A stretch of DNA of 64,000 nucleotides from Haliotis rubra (taxonomy: Eukaryota): positions 372,001 to 436,000 of the forward strand of contig NW_025767226.1 in assembly GCF_003918875.1 (NCBI RefSeq), read 5' to 3'. The notes under the pieces are model-generated. The model worked only from the letters and a program-made list of their open reading frames with translations. It searched no databases and was not told where the DNA came from. This document shows, piece by piece, positions 48,118 through 58,992 of the stretch. Every line of letters begins with the position of its first letter. Positions within the stretch are counted from its first letter, which is position 1. Both the position numbers and the translations under genes were made by a program.

Positions 48118-48831
48118 AGGTCACATGCAACCAAGAAAACAAACATAATTAAAACACAATTATCACTTATTCATGACATAATATACATAGCTGATCATGA
48201 AAAAACACATGAACAAAATTATAAGCGTACAATCGCAGATCAAAAGTGCAATATTTTATTCTATGGTTTACTTCCCTCGAAACAAAGCAGCCGGGATACC
48301 GAACCCAGTCAGAGCGGGTGGGCGTGCACTTAAGTATAACGAAGCCTTTCATTGGATGGTTCATTTGCCGATACGCTCAGGGCTCATTTTGTGTGTATAA
48401 CATTTTGCAATCAACAGACACCATAACATGTCATGTGTACAAGTATCACACCTGCCTGTCTGTGTAATTACATAATGTGACAGAGACATAACTTGGGTGC
48501 ACGAGCCATAAATCAATTCGTTTTGTTTATGGTGTATAGCTCAAATTGCATGTATATTGCATATTGTCATTAGCAGACAGGCAGACAGACAGATTTTCAC
48601 TGTGCATGCGCCATGAGCGCAGTGCAGCGCAGCACAGCTGTTGAAACCACTTTTCACCCATGCTAGGGTGAATTTAGTGAATCGTTTAAACTACGATTTC
48701 GCGAGGGGTTTTTCATCGCGTTATTTTTCAACTTTATATGTTGAATTTTCATTTTTGATCATTTGTTACTCTAAGTCCATACCGAAAGGTATCAGAATCT
48801 GCAAAGTTGTATTTTACGTTGCATGTGACCT
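48118..48831. mobile_element. Non-autonomous Kolobok-type element
   Basis: TIR AGGTCACATGCAAC / GTTGCATGTGACCT, flanked by TTAG and TTAA. A second right end at ~49238-49353 is also followed by TTAA. Confidence 0.8.
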
Positions 48832-49577
48832 TTAACAAACTAGGCACAACATGCTGCAATTGAATTGTAAGGCGCTCCACTCCCTACTTGTCCTCTGCAG
48901 TTGTTGTTGATGATTAATTTATCCATGAGGTTATGTTATTTATCAGTACCATAGATACCCAAGGAAATTGTTTGTATTATGTTTCTGTAAGCAGTTATCG
49001 TATATATTCTGTTATACAACATATTGCTTATATTATCTGACTTAGATTGAAATTTTAATAGGACATCAATGAATATTTTTGTATGTCATTTTTATGTATG
49101 AATTGATGCATTTGGAATGGTATGTTAGACACTTGCTTGAATAAACCCAAGTAACTCACAGCTGTCTTCTTTCTTGTTTCAATAGCTAATTCCCCAAATC
49201 AAGGCCTGACAGCACATTTAGCATTCAACCAAGAAAATCGCGTTATTTTTCAACGTTATAAGTTGAATTTGCACTTTTGCTAATTTGTTACTGTACATCC
49301 ATACCGAAATGTATCAGAATCTGCAATGTTGTGCTTTACGTTGCATGTGACCTTTAACGCTAAAGATCGTCTGAACCGACGCAAAAGAAGTTTTCTTAAT
49401 TACATAGCAATGTGTAAGATGATTAAAGTTATCCAGTGTTAATTTGGGGTAACTTGTAGAAATTCAAAGCATACAGTCCAAACTTACATAACATGGAAAA
49501 TGTGGAACACAACAAATATGGGCTGAGACTCACGTCTCTAATGAGTATCTCACTGCCATTGTATCTTTCCGTTTTAT

Positions 49578-49703
49578 TGAGCGAGTTTTGTTTTACACCA
49601 CTTTTGGCGATATTCCAGGCGTAACATGGCGTTGAACACCAGAAATAGGCTTGTCACATCGTATCCACGTGGGGATTTAACCCGGGTCTTCTACCCCTCC
49701 GCT
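49578..49703 (-). mobile_element. SINE family 1, degenerate
   Basis: GAGTTTTGTTTTACACC..ACACCAGAAAT..GTGGGGATTTAACCCGGGTCTTC. Confidence 0.75.
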
Positions 49704-49988
49704 ACTTTTGCGTATATTATGAATATAAGATCGAATGGCATGCACCTCGCTTGCATTATTTATTCTTAAGTATTTAATCAAAGGTTAAATTTTCATAGCA
49801 CATGTCAGAGCACGAGTATACTGTCTACACCAGGGGCCTTATTCTTATCAAAAGTTCAAGAGTATACTGTCCACACCACCATAAATATGCACTTATTCCT
49901 AAATAAATCTGTTAAACAAACTTTTCATGACATCGCTTCAAGACTGCAAACTGGATTACGTCATTCCAGGGACTCAATCAGTGTATGG

Positions 49989-50078
49989 AGTGAGGGAGTG
50001 AGTGAGTTTGGTTTTACGCCTCTTTCTGCAATATTCCAGCAATATCACGGTGGGGGACACCAGAAATGGGCTTCACAC
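49989..50078 (-). mobile_element. SINE family 1, 5'-truncated
   Basis: GAGTGAGTTTGGTTTTACGCC..GCAATATTCCAGCAATATCACGG..GGGACACCAGAAATGGGCTTCACAC. Confidence 0.85.
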
Positions 50079-50594
50079 CAGTATATGGAACTTAGGTAAA
50101 ACCAAAATAAGCCGTAATGGTTGGTTAATAGTTGATTAGGATTTTACTTTGGTCAGCATGGGCTCAAATGGGTCAGTCAAAGGTTTCGATCACTGTCAAG
50201 TGCCGTTTTACCTTTCTTCACTTTTGAGAGACTATCGTTCTGAGTCTATTTCCAAGGACTCATAATTTATTAAAACAGATATACATGGCTGACAAATAAT
50301 ATATGTGACAAATGACTTGCCATGCATGTGTGTGCGTTTGTGTGTGCATGTATGTATGTGTCTGTATGTATCTGTGCATTTCTGTACTACAGAAAAAATA
50401 CAACCGTGAATACCACACATTTTACATGGTTAACCAACATAACATCTGTAAATGTTGCCTACACTCATAGATATGATTTGCTGATAAAGATTTTGTTTTT
50501 TCCAGTGGTTAGGTTATGATTGTGGGTAAATGCAACACGACATTTAAGAAACAAAAGATTTCAAGGAAGACGACCATCTCTTGTTCCATCTTGC

Positions 50595-52015
50595 AGTAAT
50601 TCTCCACACTGTTGATTGACCATCATCCATTAGTTCTACTAACCGTTAAATATCACCCAGTAGTTTCCCAAACTGTCAATCATCACCCAGATCTTCCACC
50701 AACTGTCGACTATCAACCAGTAGTTTTCCCCACTGTAGATCATCACGTGGCAGTTTAGGCGCGGTTATGGTCTGTGCATATAAAATGATGGCCATAACAG
50801 TTTGGTTTGGTTTGGTAGCTCAGACCCACAACGAGGCTAAATCCATAATGACCCCCCTTCCCTAAAAACAAAATTTTCCAAAAATGTGAATTCCAAGCTT
50901 TGATCGTGAGTAAAGTTCAGCAAATAGGTTGGAAATAAAGAAAAGGAGGTAAAATGGTGCTAACGTGATTGAAAAGATTTAATCAATATCAAGTTGTGTT
51001 ACTTAATACCTTTAATCAATTTTTAAGAATCAAAATTGTAAGTTCAAAGAACATTTACAAAAGACAAAGAGTGAGAGTACCTTCAAGTTCCTTAATTTCT
51101 GCAATGATAGTCACTGTTCCGCTTCATAAAGATCAGATTTATCAGGGTCAATGGTCCTCGCATACCATATTGTCAGAAGTCTGGTTCCGACATGTCACAG
51201 TGCATTTCAGTTCACTGGGAAGGCACTGGCAACTAGTGAGTTTTCACACTGTTGTGTACTTGCAAGAAATGAACTCAAGCACAGCATCTGAAGCAAGAGG
51301 TCCTGTCATCCAGCAAATCGCTACGCGACCAGTTTCCTCCACCTATCGATGACCATCTGCTGTCCGTTGAGTTGTATAATTATTCAGCTTCTAGACACTT
51401 GCTCTAAACTGCAGCTTGATAGTTTGCTCTCGGGATGTGCATAGATAGACAATCAAAGCAGGGCGGAAAATATCCTTATTCAATTGCCCCTGTTCTCAAT
51501 TCAAATAAGTGGTAGCGCAATGGATTGACATCCCTTATTGAAGAACTTGAGTGATAATTGACGGTTGATGGTACTACTGGGTGATAATCAATGGTTTTGG
51601 GAACTCCTGGATGGTGATGAAAAGTGTGAGGAACTAGTACATTATGATCAACAGTGGCTGGAACTACTGGATGCCGATCAACATTTGGGAGAACATCTCG
51701 ATGATGGCAGGCGATTGTTGGAACTCCTGGGTGATGATTGACGGTTGTTGGATCTCCTGGGTGATGATTGACGGTTGTTGGATCTCCTGGGTGATGATTG
51801 ACGGTTGTTGGAGCTCCTGGGTGATGATTGACGGTTGGTGAAACTCCTGGGTGATGATTGACGGTTGGTGAAACTCCTGGGTGATGATTGACGGTTGGTG
51901 AAACTCCTGGGTGATGATTGACGGTTGGTGAAACTGCTGGGTGTTGTTTGACGGTTGTTGAAACTGCTGGATGATGATCAAAAGTGGGAAAAACTGCTGG
52001 GCGATGACCGACATT
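50595..52015. mobile_element. Foldback-like element with inverted arrays of a 30-bp unit
   Basis: 51541-52015 is tandem GAACTCCTGGGTGATGATTGACGGTTGTTG. 50595-50750 holds diverged reverse-complement copies (ACTGTCAATCATCACCCAG). Confidence 0.6.
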
Positions 52016-52050
52016 TTGTAAAAAGTATACGTTATGGTATATTTAGACTT

Positions 52051-52478
52051 CAGGGTCCCGTTCCACAAACCGATTGTAGCTCTACGACTGTCATAAGTCT
52101 ATGTTAAAGTATGGGATTTACGAACATCTTAGCTCTACGACAGTCATAAGTCTATGTTAAAGTATGGGATTTACGAACATCTAAGCTCTACGACTGTCAT
52201 AAGTCTATGTTAAAGTATGGGAGTTACGAACATCTTAGCTCTACGACTGTCATAAGTCTATGTTAAAGTATGGGAGTTACGAACATCTTAGCGCTACGAC
52301 TGTCATAAATCTATGTTAAAGCATGGGAGTTACGAACATCTTAGCTCTACGACTGTCATAAATCTATGTTAAAGCATGGGAGTTACGAACATCTTAGCTC
52401 TACGACTGTCATAAGTCTATGTTAAAGTATGGGAGTTACGAACATCTTAGCACTACGAATGCTTGTCGGAACTGGTAC
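52051..52478. mobile_element. Harbinger-like MITE with internal 53-bp tandem array (~7 copies)
   Basis: Ends CAGGGTCCCGTTCCACAAAC / GCTTGTCGGAACTGGTAC. Unit TAGCTCTACGACTGTCATAAGTCTATGTTAAAGTATGGGA(T/G)TTACGAACATCT starts at 52077. Confidence 0.72.
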
Positions 52479-52489
52479 TACTGGGTATA

Positions 52490-52656
52490 CTGACTGACTG
52501 AGTTTGGTTTTACGCCGCTTTTAGCAATATTCCAGCAACATCACGGCGGGGGACACCAGAAAATGGGCTTCACACATTGTACCCATGTGGGGATTCGAAC
52601 CCGGGTCTTCGGCGTGACGAGCCAACGCTTTAACCATTTGGCTACCCCACCGCCCC
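52490..52656 (-). mobile_element. SINE family 1, young copy
   Basis: TSD ACTACT(G/A)GGTATA at 52477-52489 and 52657-52669. Confidence 0.93.
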
Positions 52657-53323
52657 ACTACTAGGTATAACTCTGGGTCTTTCAACTATATTCAGACCGA
52701 GTGATTCGGCGAATCACCTAAAGTCCTCCTGAAAAACCTTCCGAACACCGCAAGTCAGAAGAAGACCAGCATTGTGTGATAGTTCTAGATATTCATCCTC
52801 GGACTATTTCGGAAACGTGACTATTGTTGCAGTAAAGTGAATATTATTGCTGAATCACATCTTCAGTATTATATTGGCTTTGGATTCGTACAGCAACTAT
52901 TTGCTAGGTATCAACTCGATCTGTCAACAAATGAAAAATATGATATTGCTAACCGTCGGACGAATAAAAAAAACCCGTCATTGAGTGTCGACATTGCGTG
53001 ACGATGTTAATCAATTAAACAGAATGTTTGCTTAGTGATTTGCAAGTGGATATGATGGCTATGCTCATATCATACAGTCACTATTTGCTACTGCCACTGA
53101 AATACCTTTGTATTGTTTATATTCATTGACATTTTACTTTCAACTTGGAAATCAGCAGGTAACAAGACCTATAAGACGTTGATGGCGGGCAAGTTGATTG
53201 ACAGGTCTGTGCTGCAAAACATGCATTGCATTTATCACTCTGTGATATTTTGACAGTAGAAGTGGTAGAAGTAGAAGTAGCTAACTGTTGTTAGTAGTAG
53301 TAGTAGTTATGTAGGAGTATGTG

Positions 53324-53615
53324 ATTATCCCCCCGCCGCGCGTTTAGCGCGAATCGAGGGATATAGTATTAGGCTCCGTCCGTCCGTCGTACGAATTGGA
53401 ATATCTTAAGAACCATTGACTAGATTCTTGTCATACTTGGTACCTAGGTTCATTACAGCATAAGAAAGGTCCCAGTCAGGTTTGGTGACCTTGATCTTCA
53501 TTTCAAGGTAACAAGGGGACTTTAACGCTTTACCCTTGTCAACAAGATATCTCAAGAACCGTTCACTGGATTCTCTTCATATTTGGCAACAAATTTTGAA
53601 TTTTGAATTTTTTAG
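53324..53615 (+). mobile_element. Helentron-associated (HINE/pearl-like) element fragment
   Basis: ATTATCCCCC..GCGCG hairpin..GGGATAT, (GTCC)n, GGTGACCTTGA..TTTCAAGGT core with repeated ATATCT.AAGAACC. Confidence 0.6.
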
Positions 53616-53647
53616 CATGTTAGCCTGCATGTTATTTTTATAAGATA

Positions 53648-54139
53648 TTTATATAGCGCACGTATCCAAACAACTAGTACTTGCTGGTATTTATTCCCTC
53701 GGTCATTGGATGTGAATCTCAACGGCACATTGTGTTATCCATCTCAACTCCCTGGAGTGTATGCAACTCTTGCAGCCACTAGGCGCCCCGGGTTATTGTG
53801 GCTTTCTCATCCTAACAAGGTACCCATTAACAGCTGGGTGGACTGGGACACATAGTTACAGTACATTGTTCAAGTTCACTGCACGTTGCTGTACCCGCAA
53901 CTAGGTGTTTGCACGTATTCATTTGGCCACCATCTGGTCATATACCAACGGATTCGTGGGTCATTTTAAGTGCACAGGGTTGTGTTCTGTACACTAAGGG
54001 GTTGTGGGAACAGTGAAAGAGTCTGCACACAAAGTTGACTCCAAGGTTTTTACTCCCGGTCACAGGTGGGCTCGATCCAGACAACTCAACCTCGCTCGAT
54101 CACTAGCCTGGCGCCTTAACCAGCTCGCCCACCGCGCCC
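53648..54139 (-). mobile_element. SINE family 3: tRNA head + V-like domain + Deu/Nin-like domain + L2-type tail
   Basis: On -: GGTGGGCGAGCTGGTTAAGGCG head, GAGTCAACTTTGTGTGCAGACTC, CCAGTCCACCCAGCTGTTAATGGGTACC, and a GCGCTATATAAAT tail. Confidence 0.65.
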
Positions 54140-54240
54140 GTCAAAGGCCGACCATGGATCGTAACATCATGTACATACGTTTGTGAAATGAGCATGTGTT
54201 CATCTGTTCCGGCCTGTTGATCAACTACGACATGTCTTAT

Positions 54241-54398
54241 CAGTGAGTGAGTGAGTTTAATCTTCAGCAATATTCCAGGAATATAACGGCTGGGGACACC
54301 AGAAATGGGTTTCTCACACTGTACCAATGTAGGGAATCGAACACGGGTCCTCGGCGTGACAAGCAAACACTTTAAGCACTAGACTACTCCACCGTCCC
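54241..54398 (-). mobile_element. SINE family 1, paralogous to 12999-13166
   Basis: Shares both flanks with the unit A copy (TCTGTTCCGG..CTACGACATGTCTT; CCGTCT..GTTATATCA). Confidence 0.85.
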
Positions 54399-54901
54399 AG
54401 TCATATCCGTCTCAGTTGTTATATCATGATGTAAGGCTAGGATACTGCTCCATGTGACATGGAACGAAAACGAAACAAAACCAAAAACGCCATTTGTGTG
54501 TTGTTGTGTTGACGTCTGTACATTGTATATATACTTAACTCCTGTAGTACAAGAATTACCTCTATAGTACAGATTTACAAGCAGATCCTAGCCCTTCCTG
54601 TTGACGTCAGTAGTTGGGGAGGAGGCTTTAGCCCGGGAAATCCACATTTATGAAAAACAGAGTTGAAAATGGTGTGGCTCAGCCGGCAATGGCTGAGTGT
54701 TCGTATGAATGTGGCTCTCCCGGCAATGCGCTAATAGATAATCCATGTTACCGTACATAATGGTATAAAAGATATCTATGTGTAGATAAAAGACAAGCAT
54801 ACCAGTATTTCAAATTTTATTAATTTCTTGCCTTCATAATTGAACAATAAAAAAGTATTTTAGATACAAGAAATGTTCAGCACATTCAATATCATATCAC
54901 A

Positions 54902-57900
54902 ACAGTTCCCCAACTTGGTCTTTGTACTCGATGTACAACATCCTAACTTGAGCAGTTCCTCAACTTGGTTTGTGTACTCGATGTACACATCCTAACTTGA
55001 GCAGTTCCCCAAATTGGTTTGAGTACTCGATGTACATCATCCTAACTTGAGCAGTTCCCCAACTTGGTTTGTGTACTCGATGAACATCATCCTAACCTGA
55101 GCAGTTCCCCAACTTGGTTTGTGTACTCGATGTACACATCCTAACCTGAGCAGTTCCCCAACTTGGTTTGTGTACTCGATGTACATCATCCTAACTTGAG
55201 CAGTTCCCCAACTTGGTTTGTGTACTCGATGTACACATCCTAACTCGAGGAGTTCCCCAACATGGTTTGTGTACTCGATGTACATCATCCTAACTTGAGC
55301 AGTTCCCCAACTTGGTTTGTGTATTCGATGTTCATCATCCTAACCTGAGCAGTTCCCCAACTTGGTTTGTGTACTCGATGCACACATCCTAACTTGAGCA
55401 GTTCCCCAACTTGGTTTGTGTACTCGATGTACATCATCCTTACCTGAGCAGTTCCCCAACTTGGTCTTTGTACTCGATGTACATCATCCTAACTTGAGCA
55501 GTTCCCCAACTTGGTTTGTGTATTCGATGTTCATCATCCTAACTTGAGCAGTTCCCCAACTTGGTTTGTGTACTCGATGTACATTATCCTAACTTGAGCA
55601 GTTCCCCAACTTGGTTTGTGTACTCGATGTACATCATCCTAACTTGAGCAGTTCCCCAAATTGGTTTGTGTACTCGATGTACATCATCCTAACTTGAGCA
55701 GTTCCCCAACTTGGTCTTTGTACTCGATGTACACATCCTAACTTGAGCAGTTCCCCAACTTGGTTTGTGTACTCGATGTACGTCATCCTAACTTGAGCAG
55801 TTCCCCAACTTGGTTTGTGTACTCGATGTACACATCCTAACTCGAGGAGTTCCCCAACTTGGTTTGTGTACTCTGATGTACATCATCCTAACTTCTTGAG
55901 CAGTTCCCCAACTTGGTTTGTGTATTCGATGTTCATCATCCTAACCTGAGCAGTTCCCCAACTTGGTTTGTGAACTCGATGTACACATCCTAACTTGAGC
56001 AGTTCCCCAACTTGGTTTGTGTACTCGATGTACATCATCCTTACCTGAGCAGTTCCCCAACTTGGTCTTTGTACTCGATGTACATCATCCTAACTTCAGC
56101 AGTTCCCCATCTTGGTTTGTGTACTCGATGTACACATCCTAACTTGAGCAGTTCCCCAACTTTGTTTGTGTACTCGATGTACATTATCCTAATTTGAGCA
56201 GTTCCCCAACTTGGTTTGTGTACTCGATGTACATCATCCTAACTTGAGCAGTTCCCAAAATTGGTTTGTGTACTCGATGTACATCATCCTAACTTCAGCA
56301 GTTCCCTCAACTTGGTCTTTGTACTCGATGTACACATCCTAACTTGAGCAGTTCCCCAACTTGGTTTGTGTACTCGATGAACATCATCCTAATCTGAGCA
56401 GTTCCCCAACTTGGTTTGTGTACTCGATGTACACATCCTAACCTGAGCAGTTCCCCAACTTGGTTTGTGTACTCGATGTACATCATCCTAACTTGAGCAG
56501 TTCCCCAACTTGGTTTGTGTACTCGATGTACACATCCTAACTCAAGGAGTTCCCCAACTTGGTTTGTGTACTCGATGTACATCATCCTAACTTGAGCAGT
56601 TCCCCAACTTGGTTTGTGTATTCGATGTTCATCATCCTAACCTGAGCAGTTCCCCAACTTGGTTTGTGTACTCGATGCACACATCCTAACTTGAGCAGTT
56701 CCCCAACTTGGTTTGTGTACTGATGTACATCATCCTTACCTGAGCAGTTCCTCAACTTGGTCTTTGTACTGATGTACATCATCCTAACTTGAGCAGTTCC
56801 CCAACTTGGTTTGTGTATTCGATGTTCATCATCCTAACTTGAGCAGTTCCCAACTTGGTTTGTGTACTCGATGTACATTATCCTAACTTGAGCAGTTCCC
56901 CAACTTGGTTTGTGTACTGATGTACATCATCCTAACTTGAGCAGTTCCCCAAATTGGTTTGTGTACTCGATGTACATCATCCTAACTTGAGCAGTTCCCC
57001 AACTTGGTCTTTGTACTCGATGTACATCATCCTAACTTGAGCAGTTCCCCAACTTGGTTTGTGTACTCGATGTACGTCATCCTAACTTGAGCAGTTCCCC
57101 AACTTGGTTTGTGTACTCGATGTACACATCCTAACTCGAGGAGTTCCCCAAATTGGTTTGTGTACTCGATGTACATCATCCTAACTTGAGCAGTTCCCCA
57201 ACTTGGTTTGTGTATTCGATGTTCATCATCCTAACCTGAGCAGTTCCCCAACTTGGTTTGTGTACTCGATGTACACATCCTAACTTGAGCAGTTCCCCAA
57301 CTTGGTTTGTGTGCTCGATGTACATCATCCTTACCTGAGCAGTTCCCCAACTTGGTCTTTGTACTCGATGTACATCATCCTAACTTGAGCAGTTCCCCAT
57401 CTTGGTTTGTGTACTCGATGTACACATCCTAACTTGAGCAGTTCCCCAACTTTGTTTGTGTACTCGATGTACATTATCCTAACTTGAGCAGTTCCCCAAC
57501 TTGGTTTGTGTACTCGATGTACATCATCCTAACTTGAGCAGTTCCCCAAATTGGTTTGTGTACTCGATGTACATCATCCTAACTTGAGCAGTTCCCCAAC
57601 TTGGTCTTTGTACTCGATGTACACATCCTAACTTGAGCAGTTCCCCAACTTGGTTTGTGTACTCGATGTACGTCATCCTAACTTGAGCAGTTCCCCAACT
57701 TGGTTTGTGTACTCGATGTACATCATCCTAACTTGAGCAGTTCCCCATCTTGGTTTGTGTACTCGATGTACATCATCCTAACTTGAGCAGTTCCCCAACT
57801 TGGTTTGTGTACTCGATGTACACATCCTTACCTGAGCAGTTCCCCAACTTGGTCTTTGTACTCGATGTACATCATCCTTACCTGAGCAGTTCCCCAACTT

Positions 57901-58992
57901 GGTCTTTGTACTCGATGTACATCATCCTAACTTGAGCAGTTCCCCAACTTGGTTTGTGTACTCGATGTACACATCCTAACTTGAGCAGTTCCCCAACTTG
58001 GTTTGTGTACTCGATGTACATCATCCTAACTTGAGCAGTTCCCCAACTTGGTTTGTGTACTCGATGTACATCATCCTAACTTGAGCAGTTCCCCAACTTG
58101 GTTTGTGTACTCGATGTACATCATCCTAACCTGAGCAGTTCCCCATCTTGGTTTGTGTACTCGATGTACATCATCCTATCTTGAGCAGTTCTCCATCTTG
58201 GTTTGTGTACTCGATGTACATCATCCTAACTTGAGCAGTTCCCCAACTTGGTTTATGTATTCGATGTACATCATCCTAACTTGAGCAGTTCTCCATCTTG
58301 GTTTGTGTACTCGATGTACATCATCCTTACCTGAGCAGTTCCCCAACTTGGTCTTTGTACTCGATGTACATCATCCTAACTTGAGCAGTTCCCCAACTTG
58401 GTTTGTGTACTCGATGTACACATCCTAACTTGAGCAGTTCCCCAACTTGGTTTGTGTACTCGATGTACATCATCCTAACTTGAGCAGTTCTCCAACTTGG
58501 TTTGTGTACTCGATGTACATCATCCTAACTTGAGCAGTTCCCCATCTTGGTTTGTGTACTCGATGTACATCATCCTAACTTGAGCAGTTCCCCAACTTGG
58601 TCTTTGTACTCGATGTACACATCCTAACTTGAGCAGTTCCCCAACTTGGTTTGTGTACTCGATGTACATCATCCTAACCTGAGCAGTTCCCCATCTTGGT
58701 TTGTGTACTCGATGTACATCATCCTAACTTGAGCAGTTCTCCATCTTGGTTTGTGTACTCGATGTACATCATCCTAACTTGAGCAGTTCCCCAACTTGGT
58801 TTATGTATTCGATGTACATCATCTTAACTTGAGCAGTTCCCCAACTTGGTTTGTGTACTCGATGTACACATCCTAACTCGAGGAGTTCCCCAACTTGGTT
58901 TGTGTACTCGATGTACACCATTTTAACTTCAGCAGTTCCCCAACTTGGTTTGTGTACTCGATGTTCATCATCCTAACTTGAGCAGTTCCCCA
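54902..58992. repeat. 49/50-bp satellite, ~80 copies
   Basis: Unit CAGTTCCCCAACTTGGTTTGTGTACTCGATGTACA(T)CATCCTAACTTGAG. Confidence 0.97.

Noticed and set aside
51644-52068. 10-aa repeat ORFs (QPSIITQEFH)n
   Set aside because: Translation of the 30-bp subterminal array.
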